64,000 bases of DNA from an uncultured Pseudoruegeria sp. (GTDB lineage: Bacteria > Pseudomonadota > Alphaproteobacteria > Rhodobacterales > Rhodobacteraceae). Positions 9,323 through 17,904 of the stretch are shown here, in pieces (positions within the stretch are counted from its first letter, which is position 1; the number at the start of each line of letters is the position of its first letter). The translations under genes and the position numbers were made by a program. Where the stretch lies: positions 77,703 to 141,702 of the forward strand of contig CANMJD010000007.1 in the NCBI GenBank assembly GCA_947498155.1. Reading direction: 5' to 3'. The notes under the pieces are model-generated. The model ran no database searches. It was not told the origin of the DNA and worked only from the letters and a program-made list of their open reading frames with translations.

Positions 9323-10204
9323 TCACCCTTGCAACTTCTCGCTGATATAGGCGGCAAAACGCGCGGCGGCGACAGGCAGGTAGCGCCCTTCTTGTTGGCA
9401 CAGCACGACCTGAACCGTGGGAAACTGCTTCAACATCGCCTGCTGTGCCCCGCTGGCCGCATCCGGTGATGCCTCGAGATCAAGGGCAGGCCAGAACTGC
9501 AAACTGGGGCGGCCCGAGGCCCGGTTCGGGCGTACGAAGCTTTCTGAAACCTGTCCGATAGGCAGGTCGAGCCGTTTATCCTTAAGCTGGATATCCAGCC
9601 ATGCGCGCAAACCGGTGCCGATGGGGGGCAAAATCACGTCATATTCAAATAGATCCGCGCTGCGCAACGTCGCCTGCTGGCCCGCCTCTTGGGGAACAAC
9701 AGCAACCAGCGGCACGTGATCCACGGCCAACGTGGTGATGCCGGTCCGGTAGAGCGGCTGCAAAATCAGCGCAAGGTCAATGCGCCCCTGCACGAGGTCA
9801 GTGGCAAAACCGTCCGATCCACCGCGCGAGACTTCGAAAGTGACTTTCGGGTGACGGTGGCGAAATTGGTTAATCGCCGATTGCAGGAACCCATCTGCCA
9901 ATTCTGCACTCACCCCGATCCGGATATGCCCGATTCTTACGCCGCGTAATTCCGAAACTGTTTCCGAAGCGGCGCGCAATTCATCAAGATGCGTAATAAA
10001 GCATCGATAGTAGATCTCGCCAATTGTAGACAATCGTACACCGTCCGAGAGCCGATCAAACAAAGCATCCCCGATCTCCTCCTCCAGCGCTTTGATCTGT
10101 CGGGTCAGAGAAGATGGGGAAATTGCCAATAACTCCGATGCCTTACGGAAAGAACCCTCCTGCACGACAGTGCGCATCGCGGTGTATATCTGGACGTGAC
10201 GCAT
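9323..10204 (-). CDS. LysR family transcriptional regulator
   Basis: Track ORF 9323-10276. The LTTR wHTH begins at ATG 10204: MRHVQIYTAMRTVVQEGSFRKASELLAISPSSLTRQIKALEEEIG. Confidence 0.85.
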   Translation of the reverse strand: MRHVQIYTAMRTVVQEGSFRKASELLAISPSSLTRQIKALEEEIGDALFDRLSDGVRLSTIGEIYYRCFITHLDELRAASETVSELRGVRIGHIRIGVSAELADGFLQSAINQFRHRHPKVTFEVSRGGSDGFATDLVQGRIDLALILQPLYRTGITTLAVDHVPLVAVVPQEAGQQATLRSADLFEYDVILPPIGTGLRAWLDIQLKDKRLDLPIGQVSESFVRPNRASGRPSLQFWPALDLEASPDAASGAQQAMLKQFPTVQVVLCQQEGRYLPVAAARFAAYISEKLQG

Positions 10205-10219
10205 CCGGAAAATCCCATG

Positions 10220-10240
10220 GTGTTGCAAATACTGCAACAC
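10220..10240. promoter_or_regulatory. LTTR-type dyad GTGTTGCA-N5-TGCAACAC (contains T-N11-A)
   Basis: Perfect 8-bp inverted repeat 16 bp upstream of the LysR start and about 100 bp upstream of urtA. Confidence 0.5.
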
Positions 10241-10343
10241 TACGTGCCATATTTTTAGGCTGACAGCAACGCCCACTTATCGAAATGTTCCCCCGTCGCT
10301 GCCTCACAGCAGCCGAACGAATAAACAAAGGGACTTCGAAACC

Positions 10344-11621
10344 ATGATGAACAAACTTCTCGCTACTGCTGCTGTTGCGACCGTAATGGGCTCTGCCGCC
10401 TATGCTGAATGTGCTGACCCGATCAAAGTTGGCGTCTTGCACTCACTGTCCGGCACCATGGCGATCTCTGAAACCACCCTCAAAGACACGATCGAAATGC
10501 TGGTCGACACTCAGAATGCTGCCGGCGGCGTCTTGGGCTGTGAACTGGAAGCCGTTGTTGTTGACCCTGCGTCCGACTGGCCCCTGTTTGCTGAAAAAGC
10601 CCGCGAGCTTCTGAGCGTCCACGAAGTTGACGTGATCTTCGGCAACTGGACTTCCGTGTCTCGTAAATCGGTTCTGCCAGTCATCGAAGAGCTGAACGGC
10701 ATGCTGTTCTACCCTGTTCAGTACGAAGGCGAAGAAAGCTCCAAAAACGTCTTTTACACAGGTGCTGCCCCCAACCAGCAGGCCATCCCTGCAACAGATT
10801 ACTTCCTTGAAGAGCTGGGCGTAGAGAAATTCGCGCTGCTGGGCACAGACTATGTCTACCCCCGCACAACCAACAAAATCCTTGAGCAGTACCTGAAAGA
10901 CCAAGGCATTGCCGAAGAAGATATCTTTGTAAACTACACACCTTTCGGTCACTCCGACTGGTCCAAAATTGTTGCTGACGTTGTTGCACTGGGTGAAGAC
11001 GGCAAAAAAGTCGGCGTGATCTCCACCATCAACGGCGACGCAAACATCGGCTTCTACAAAGAGCTGGCCGCTCTGGGTGTATCTGCGGATGATATCCCTG
11101 TGGTTGCCTTCTCCGTGGGTGAAGAAGAGCTTTCCGGTCTGGACACAACCAACCTTGTGGGCCATCTGGCGGCTTGGAACTACTTCCAGTCTGCCGAAGG
11201 TGAAGCCAACGAAGCATTCATCGCCGCTTGGAAAGAGCGCATGGGCGAAGAGCGTGTGACCAACGACCCAATGGAAGCCCACTACATCGGCTTTAACATG
11301 TGGGTGAATGCGGTAACCGATGCGGGTACAACCGATGTCGACGCAGTTCGCACAGCGATGTACGGCCAGACCTTCCCGAACCTGACAGGCGGCACAGCTG
11401 AAATGCTGGTCAACCACCACCTGTCCAAGCCGGTTCTGATTGGTGAAATCCAGGACGACGGTCAGTTCGACATCATCTCCCAGACTACAGAAGTACCGGG
11501 CGATGCATGGACAGACTTCCTGCCAGAAAGCGCTGTTCTGAAATCTGACTGGAAAGACCTCGGTTGCGGCATGTACAACACCGAGACTGAATCCTGCGTT
11601 CAGCTGAAATCCAACTACTAA
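10344..11621 (+). CDS. urtA: urea ABC transporter substrate-binding protein
   Basis: Signal peptide followed by IKVGVLHSLSGTMAISETTLKD...AGGVLG, which is UrtA-type. It heads a five-gene urt operon. Confidence 0.9.
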   Translation: MMNKLLATAAVATVMGSAAYAECADPIKVGVLHSLSGTMAISETTLKDTIEMLVDTQNAAGGVLGCELEAVVVDPASDWPLFAEKARELLSVHEVDVIFGNWTSVSRKSVLPVIEELNGMLFYPVQYEGEESSKNVFYTGAAPNQQAIPATDYFLEELGVEKFALLGTDYVYPRTTNKILEQYLKDQGIAEEDIFVNYTPFGHSDWSKIVADVVALGEDGKKVGVISTINGDANIGFYKELAALGVSADDIPVVAFSVGEEELSGLDTTNLVGHLAAWNYFQSAEGEANEAFIAAWKERMGEERVTNDPMEAHYIGFNMWVNAVTDAGTTDVDAVRTAMYGQTFPNLTGGTAEMLVNHHLSKPVLIGEIQDDGQFDIISQTTEVPGDAWTDFLPESAVLKSDWKDLGCGMYNTETESCVQLKSNY

Positions 11622-11646
11622 TCGTCGATTGTTCTAATCGATACGC

Positions 11647-11673
11647 GAAGGGGGCTACGGCCCCCTTCACTTT
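11647..11673 (+). terminator. intra-operon hairpin after urtA (partial terminator/attenuator)
   Basis: GAAGGGGGC-tacg-GCCCCCTTC, a 9-bp stem, followed by ACTTT. Confidence 0.55.
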
Positions 11674-11691
11674 CCGCGGGCAGGAAATACC

Positions 11692-13650
11692 ATGACAAAT
11701 CGACTGACAACACTCTGTATGGCGATTGCCATGCTGCTGACGGGTCTGTGCGCCGCCATTGCACAAGACCGTGACATCCCCTCCATTTTGCAAGAACACG
11801 CCGCGATCATCGCCAAAGGCTCCCGCAAGACCATAGAGCCCGCGATCGTCGATCTGCGCGACAGCGGGCAGGTTGACGCCCAAATGGTGCTCGAGGCATG
11901 GCAGGCCAAGGAACTTTGGCAGCGCAAGGCAGATGGTCAGTTTTTCACCACCACCAAAAACGAAGACAATAGCTATACGCTCTTTGATGTGATCACCGGT
12001 TCAGAGGTCGGCACGGCAGATAAAAAAGAGCTCAAGCAAATTAAACCGAATTCCGGTATCCGCGGCATGATCGGCGCGGCATTGGTCCAGTTCCAGCTGA
12101 TGGATGCGGACCCTGCCAAACGCCTTGATGCGCTGACCGCGATTGACCGAGACCCCAATCCGACCCATTTGCCCGCCCTGCGCGCTGCCATCGACGCCGA
12201 ACCTGACGCCGACATCAAAGAAACCAAAATCCGGCTGGAACGGCTTTTGACGATTGCCTATGGCGCGGATGAGGCAGAACGTGTTGCTGCAATCGAAAGC
12301 TTTTCCGACGCGCTCAGCGTGGATGTGCGCGCGAAGCTCAACCCGATCCTTGCCACCACCCGTGTTGCCACGGCCACCAAATCCACGGCCAATATCGCCG
12401 CACAACTGACCCCCGGCACGGACCTCAGCAAAGAAGACGCCTATGCGCTGCTGGTTGCAGCCGACCTTGCCCCTGCCGCACCGACACAGGATGAAATCCG
12501 TCTTGCCTTAGGCGATAACATCATCGACGGCCGCGTTGGCGGGCAACCGATTGCCACGCTGAACACCATCGAGGGGCGCGAATTCGCATATGAGGCGCTG
12601 GCCGATGATGGCCTTGTACCGCCGCTCGTCACCGCAGATGAGATGCAATGGGCGATCGAGGATCACCTGTTCTATGACGTCTATGATGAGCCCTCCAAAG
12701 CCGTCACCGATGCCGCCGAAACCACCTTGCAAAGCATCAACACCCGCGTTGGCTTTAATCAGGCGCTGGACCTCGGACTGGACGGGCTATCACTGGCTTC
12801 GATCTACTTTCTGGCCGCCATCGGTCTGGCCATCACCTTTGGTGTGATGGGTGTGATCAACATGGCCCATGGTGAATTCATTATGATGGGCGCTTACACC
12901 GGCTATGTGGTGCAACAGTTTATCACCGACTACACGCTCTCGATCATCGTCGCACTGCCTCTGGCCTTTGGTGTGACTTTTGCCGCCGGTGTAGCGATGG
13001 AACGTCTGGTGATCCGCCACCTGTATCACCGTCCGCTGGAAACCCTGCTGGCCACCTTCGGGATTTCGGTCGCCCTGCAACAGATCGCCAAAAACATCTT
13101 CGGCACACAGGCCCGCCCGCTGACAAGCCCCGCTTGGCTGGACGGTGCATGGGTGCTCAATGACGTGGTATCGATCAGCTACATCCGCATCGCCATCTTT
13201 GTACTGGCGCTGATCTTTTTGACCCTGCTGCTGTTCATCCTCAATAAAACCCGCCTCGGACTCGAAGTCCGCGCGGTCACCCAAAACCCCCGCATGGCGG
13301 CCTCAATGGGCATTAACCCCGATAAGATCAACATGCTGACCTTCGGCCTTGGCTCCGGTATCGCCGGTATCGCCGGTGTCGCCATTGGGCTCTTTGCCAA
13401 AGTCACCTCGGAATTGGGCAGCGACTATATCGTGCAAAGCTTCATGACCGTGGTTGTCGGAGGCGTCGGCAATATCTGGGGCACCCTCGCTGGTGCAACA
13501 ATGATCGGCGGGCTGCAAAAAGGGATCGAGTTCCTGAACCCCTCCAACACCCTTGCCGCCCAAACCTATATGATCATCTTCATCATCATCTTCATCCAGT
13601 TCCGGCCCCGAGGCATTATCGCCCTCAAGGGCCGCGCGGCCGGAGATTGA
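11692..13650 (+). CDS. urtB: urea ABC transporter permease with about 360-residue N-terminal periplasmic extension
   Basis: The C-terminal half is a LivH-type permease (IYFLAAIGLAITFGVMGVINMAHGEF...). The N-terminus has a signal peptide followed by a soluble region. Confidence 0.85.
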   Translation: MTNRLTTLCMAIAMLLTGLCAAIAQDRDIPSILQEHAAIIAKGSRKTIEPAIVDLRDSGQVDAQMVLEAWQAKELWQRKADGQFFTTTKNEDNSYTLFDVITGSEVGTADKKELKQIKPNSGIRGMIGAALVQFQLMDADPAKRLDALTAIDRDPNPTHLPALRAAIDAEPDADIKETKIRLERLLTIAYGADEAERVAAIESFSDALSVDVRAKLNPILATTRVATATKSTANIAAQLTPGTDLSKEDAYALLVAADLAPAAPTQDEIRLALGDNIIDGRVGGQPIATLNTIEGREFAYEALADDGLVPPLVTADEMQWAIEDHLFYDVYDEPSKAVTDAAETTLQSINTRVGFNQALDLGLDGLSLASIYFLAAIGLAITFGVMGVINMAHGEFIMMGAYTGYVVQQFITDYTLSIIVALPLAFGVTFAAGVAMERLVIRHLYHRPLETLLATFGISVALQQIAKNIFGTQARPLTSPAWLDGAWVLNDVVSISYIRIAIFVLALIFLTLLLFILNKTRLGLEVRAVTQNPRMAASMGINPDKINMLTFGLGSGIAGIAGVAIGLFAKVTSELGSDYIVQSFMTVVVGGVGNIWGTLAGATMIGGLQKGIEFLNPSNTLAAQTYMIIFIIIFIQFRPRGIIALKGRAAGD

Positions 13651-13667
13651 TCCCATGATCCTTACAC

Positions 13668-13720
13668 AACTTTGTTCCAGAAATATCCCGGGGGGATACG
13701 GGGGGCTGGCCCCCCGAGCC
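13668..13720 (+). repeat. REP-like intergenic repeat, copy a
   Basis: AACTTTGTTCCAGAAATATCCCGGGGGGATACGGGGGGCTGGCCCCCCGAGCC. It shares its head and its G/C hairpin with copies at 32072, 44622 and 61271. Confidence 0.7.
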
Positions 13721-13740
13721 TTCCAGAAAGCACTGCAGTC

Positions 13741-14976
13741 ATGAACCGCTCCTTTTTTGCCAAAAACCCGTCTGTGCTGATCTTTATCGGCTGTCTGGCG
13801 CTCTTCACCCTTGGGGTGACCCTGCTGTCCGAAGCCTTCGGCACCGGTGTTATCTCTACCAGTTTTGTCAAAACACTGGGCAAAACCCTGTGCCTTTGCC
13901 TGATCGCCATCGCCATGGATCTGGTCTGGGGCTATTGCGGTATCCTGTCCCTTGGACACTTCGCCTTCTTCGGGCTGGGGGGCTATATGATTGGCATGTG
14001 GTTGATGTATGCGCGCACCGCGCAAATCGTCACCACCTCTATGGCCGAAGCCGATATTCCACCCACCGCCCAAGAGGTCACTGATGCCATCGGCAACCAG
14101 ATCTTCGGCGTGGTCGGGGGCAGTGATTTCCCGCTGATCTGGAGCTTTGCCGACAGCCTGACCATTCAGCTGGCCTTTGTGGTGCTGGTGCCCGGTGCCT
14201 TGGCGCTGGTCTTTGGCTGGCTTGCCTTCCGCTCGCGGGTGACCGGTGTTTATTTGTCGATCCTGACCCAAGCCATGACGCTGGCCCTGTCGCTCTATCT
14301 GTTTCAGAACGACTCCGGGCTACGCGGCAACAACGGCCTTTCGGGCCTGCAAAACATCCCCGGCGCCGAGGATATCCCGCAATCGGTGATCTCGCTCTAT
14401 TTCTTCTGGGCCTCTGCCCTTGCGCTGATGCTTGGCTATCTGCTGGCCGCTTGGGTGGTCTCGGGCAAATTCGGTTCTGTCATCCGTGGCATCCGCGACG
14501 ACGAAGCCCGCGTACGCTTTCTGGGCTATTCGGTCGAAGGCTATAAGCTCTTTGTCTTTACCCTGACAGCCGTTATCGCCGCCATCGCCGGAGCGCTGTA
14601 TTACCCGCAGGCCGGCATCATCAATCCGGCGGAAATCGCCCCGATTGCCTCGATCTATCTGGCGGTCTGGGTCGCCATCGGCGGGCGCGGCCGCATCTAT
14701 GGTGCGGTGATCGGTGCGGCGGTTGTTTCCCTGCTGTCCAGCTGGTTCACCGGCGGGCAGGTTCCCAGCATCAACCTCGGTTTTTATACCATTAACTGGG
14801 TCGATTGGTGGCTGGTGCTGCTGGGCTTCTCTTTTGTGCTGGTCACGCTCTTTGCTCCCCAAGGCATTGGCGGTCTGTTTGACCAACTGGTCCGTAACCG
14901 TGCCACCCCCCAACGCGGCGGTGCGCCCCTTGGCCCCGATGCCAGCGCCCTACAAGAAAAGGAGGCGGATAAATGA
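13741..14976 (+). CDS. urtC: urea ABC transporter permease
   Basis: Track ORF 13672-14976 would translate the repeat element. ATG 13741 (MNRSFFAKNPS) is more likely. LivM-type permease body. Confidence 0.85.
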   Translation: MNRSFFAKNPSVLIFIGCLALFTLGVTLLSEAFGTGVISTSFVKTLGKTLCLCLIAIAMDLVWGYCGILSLGHFAFFGLGGYMIGMWLMYARTAQIVTTSMAEADIPPTAQEVTDAIGNQIFGVVGGSDFPLIWSFADSLTIQLAFVVLVPGALALVFGWLAFRSRVTGVYLSILTQAMTLALSLYLFQNDSGLRGNNGLSGLQNIPGAEDIPQSVISLYFFWASALALMLGYLLAAWVVSGKFGSVIRGIRDDEARVRFLGYSVEGYKLFVFTLTAVIAAIAGALYYPQAGIINPAEIAPIASIYLAVWVAIGGRGRIYGAVIGAAVVSLLSSWFTGGQVPSINLGFYTINWVDWWLVLLGFSFVLVTLFAPQGIGGLFDQLVRNRATPQRGGAPLGPDASALQEKEADK

Positions 14977-15713
14977 GCACGCTTCTCGAAGTCTCTGGTG
15001 TCTCTGTGTCCTTTGACGGCTTTAAAGCCATCAACAACCTGTCCTTTCAGATCGGGTCTGCCGAACTGCGGGCGGTGATCGGGCCAAATGGAGCTGGCAA
15101 AACCACCTTTATGGATATCGTCACCGGCAAAACCCGCCCCGATGAGGGACGGGTGATCTGGGGCGAGAAATCCATGAACCTGTTAAAAATGAGCGAAGCC
15201 AAAATCGCGCAGGCTGGGGTGGGACGTAAATTCCAGCGCCCCACCGTGTTCGAGGACCAAAGCGTCTTTGACAATCTGCTGATGGCACTGAAAAAAGATC
15301 GCGGACCGGTTGAGGTGCTGTTTTACAAACGCAGCGGTGAGGACATTACCCGCGTTGAAGAAATGGCCAGCCAGATCGGGCTGCAAGAGCAATTGCACCG
15401 GACCTCGGGCGAGCTGTCCCATGGTCAGAAACAATGGCTTGAGATTGGCATGTTGCTGGCACAGGAACCGCGCCTTTTGCTGGTGGATGAACCTGCTGCC
15501 GGTATGACACTGGCAGAACGCGAACATACCACCGACCTTTTGCGCGAAGCGGCCAAAACCCGCGCCGTTGTTGTGGTTGAACACGATATGGAATTTGTGC
15601 GCCGGTTGAACTGCAAAGTCACCGTGCTGCACGAAGGCTCAGTTCTGGCTGAAGGCTCTATCGATCATGTCACCAAAGATCCGCAAGTGATCGAAGTATA
15701 TCTGGGACGCTAA
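14973..15713 (+). CDS. urtD: urea ABC transporter ATP-binding protein
   Basis: ATGA overlap with urtC. Walker A GPNGAGKTT and ABC signature LSHGQKQWLEI. Confidence 0.9.
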   Translation: MSTLLEVSGVSVSFDGFKAINNLSFQIGSAELRAVIGPNGAGKTTFMDIVTGKTRPDEGRVIWGEKSMNLLKMSEAKIAQAGVGRKFQRPTVFEDQSVFDNLLMALKKDRGPVEVLFYKRSGEDITRVEEMASQIGLQEQLHRTSGELSHGQKQWLEIGMLLAQEPRLLLVDEPAAGMTLAEREHTTDLLREAAKTRAVVVVEHDMEFVRRLNCKVTVLHEGSVLAEGSIDHVTKDPQVIEVYLGR

Positions 15714-15716
15714 AAC

Positions 15717-16412
15717 ATGCTGCAAACCAAAGATCTTACCCTGCATTATTCGGGCTCCCAAATCCTGTATGGCATCGACGTCACCGCCGAAGTCGGTCAG
15801 GTCACCTGTGTCATGGGCACAAACGGGGTGGGCAAAACCAGCCTGCTCAAGGCGCTGTCAGGCACCCATCACCGTACTGGCGGACAATATTTGCTGGATG
15901 GTGAGGACATCGCCAAACCCCCAGCCCACGTCCTTGCCCACAAGGGCGTCGCCTATGTGCCCCAGGGGCGCGATGTATTTCCGCTGATGACGGTGCGTGA
16001 AAATCTGGAAACCGGCTTTGCCTGTCTGCCGCGCTCCGAACATTTGGTTCCGGATCAAATCTTTGAACTGTTTCCGGTGCTCAAGGAAATGGAGGGCCGT
16101 CGCGGCGGTGACCTTTCCGGCGGGCAGCAACAACAGCTTGCCATTGGCCGCGCCCTGATTGCGCAGCCCAAACTGCTACTGCTGGATGAACCCACCGAAG
16201 GCATCCAGCCCAATATCATCCAGCAAATCGGGCGCGTGATCGAATTTCTGCGCGACGAAGGCAAAATGGCCATCATCCTTGTCGAGCAATATTTTGAATT
16301 CGCCTACGGGCTGGCGGATGAATTCTTTGTTCTGACCCGTGGCGAAGTCTCTTTGTCAGGCGCTAAGAGTGAACTGGCCAAATCCGACGTCATGGCCTCG
16401 GTTTCGGTTTAA
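15717..16412 (+). CDS. urtE: urea ABC transporter ATP-binding protein
   Basis: Walker A GTNGVGKTS, signature LSGGQQQQLAI, Walker B LLLLDEP. Confidence 0.9.
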   Translation: MLQTKDLTLHYSGSQILYGIDVTAEVGQVTCVMGTNGVGKTSLLKALSGTHHRTGGQYLLDGEDIAKPPAHVLAHKGVAYVPQGRDVFPLMTVRENLETGFACLPRSEHLVPDQIFELFPVLKEMEGRRGGDLSGGQQQQLAIGRALIAQPKLLLLDEPTEGIQPNIIQQIGRVIEFLRDEGKMAIILVEQYFEFAYGLADEFFVLTRGEVSLSGAKSELAKSDVMASVSV

Positions 16413-16488
16413 TAACGCCGCGCTGTTTTTCGCTGGAAATGCCTTGGGTGATCGACAATAGTCCGCGAGGACTTGAAAGGATTACCTC

Positions 16489-17904
16489 ATGGCATTTCTC
16501 GCGGCACTTTCCGACCTCATGGACAAGAATGGCGTCCTAACCGGTGCGGATGCCTTGCCCTACGGGGCCGACTGGACCGGCAAATTTGCCACCACGCCTC
16601 TGGCGGTGGCCCGACCGCGCAATACCGCCGAGGTTTCCGCCATCGTAAAGCTCGCAGCCGCGCATAAGGTCGCCATTGTGCCCCTGTCAGGACGCAGCGG
16701 GTTGGTCGGCGGAGGCGCTGCCGAAGGCGCGCTGGTCCTGTCGCTGGATCGCATGAATGCAATCCGCGAAATCCGCACTACCGCAAGGCTGGCGGTGGTC
16801 GAAGCGGGTGTCATCATGTCCAACCTGCACAAGGCCGCCCATGCGCAGGATCTATCTTTTCCGATGACTTTCGGCGCCAAGGACAGCGCAATGATTGGCG
16901 GGATGCTTTCGACAAATGCCGGCGGCTCAAACGTGCTGCGCTATGGCAATACCCGCGCCTTGGTTATGGGGGTAGAGGTGGTGATGCCGGACGGTGAAAT
17001 CCTTGATGTCATGAGCGAGTTGCACAAGGATAACTCCGGCTATGATCTGAAGGATCTGTTCATCGGGGCCGAGGGCACGCTGGGTATTATCACCGCCGCC
17101 GTGGTCAAACTTGTCGCCCGCCCCAAGGCCTTCGCCACCGCCTTTGTCGCGCTGCCCGATCTGTCGGATGCTTTGACGCTGCTGAATGCCGTTCAAGCGC
17201 GCACCGGTAATGCGGTCGAAGCCTTCGAATTCATGACCGCCGGGTACATTGATCTTTATCGCAAACTCTTCCCCGATGCGCAGATGCCGTTTGCGGACAC
17301 TCATCCCGTTCAAATCCTGATCGAGGTAGGGGCGACGTCCGAAACCGATGCCCTCGCCGATGAAGATGGCAGCCTCCCGATTGTAAACACCCTGCAGGAC
17401 GTCATGGCTGAAATGCTTGAGGATGACCGGCTGGCAGATGCGGTCGTTGCCCAAACCGATGAGCAGCGCATTGCGCTTTGGAAAATCCGCGAATCTGCTG
17501 CCGAGCTGGCCTTTCATCGTCGTCCCTTTGTCGACAGCGATATTTCTGTACCCCTGGATCAGGTCGTGGAGTTCATTACGCGTTTTAACGCACGGATCAA
17601 GGATTTGGACGCTGGGGCGGAGGATCTGATTGTTAGTCATTTGGGCGATGGCAATATCCACCACACGCTTTGGCCGTCACGCGATGATCCGCAACTGATG
17701 GATGATATCCGCACGCTGGTCGAAGACATCGTTGCCGATTTGCGTGGCAGCTTTTCGGCTGAACATGGCATTGGCCTGAACAAACGCAATACAATGGCGC
17801 GACGCAAAGACCCGACGGCTTTGAACGTCATGCGCAAGATAAAGACAGCGCTCGACCCCGAGAACATCATGAACCCCGGAAAGGTGCTGCCACCCGAGGT
17901 TTAA
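16489..17904 (+). CDS. FAD-binding oxidoreductase (GlcD / D-2-hydroxyacid dehydrogenase-like)
   Basis: PCMH-type FAD-binding N-terminus (PRNTAEVSAIVKLAAAHKVAIVPLSGRSGLVGGG). C-terminus ends in FSAEHGIGLNK. Confidence 0.8.
   Translation: MAFLAALSDLMDKNGVLTGADALPYGADWTGKFATTPLAVARPRNTAEVSAIVKLAAAHKVAIVPLSGRSGLVGGGAAEGALVLSLDRMNAIREIRTTARLAVVEAGVIMSNLHKAAHAQDLSFPMTFGAKDSAMIGGMLSTNAGGSNVLRYGNTRALVMGVEVVMPDGEILDVMSELHKDNSGYDLKDLFIGAEGTLGIITAAVVKLVARPKAFATAFVALPDLSDALTLLNAVQARTGNAVEAFEFMTAGYIDLYRKLFPDAQMPFADTHPVQILIEVGATSETDALADEDGSLPIVNTLQDVMAEMLEDDRLADAVVAQTDEQRIALWKIRESAAELAFHRRPFVDSDISVPLDQVVEFITRFNARIKDLDAGAEDLIVSHLGDGNIHHTLWPSRDDPQLMDDIRTLVEDIVADLRGSFSAEHGIGLNKRNTMARRKDPTALNVMRKIKTALDPENIMNPGKVLPPEV

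Noticed and set aside
10241-10343. Sigma-54 (GG-N10-GC) promoter upstream of urtA
   Set aside because: The candidate GG/GC pairs have the wrong spacing. I found no TGGCAC-N5-TTGCA-like element.
10443-11420. 325-aa minus-strand ORF inside urtA
   Set aside because: It is the antisense shadow of a very clearly coding urtA.
13357-13383. Tandem 9-nt repeat GGTATCGCC x3
   Set aside because: It lies inside urtB and simply encodes the GIAGIAGVA segment of a transmembrane helix. It is not a regulatory or VNTR-like element.
13303-14271. 322-aa minus-strand ORF across urtB/urtC
   Set aside because: It is an antisense shadow ORF that spans an intergenic repeat. Its composition is Gly/His/Asp-rich and non-protein-like.
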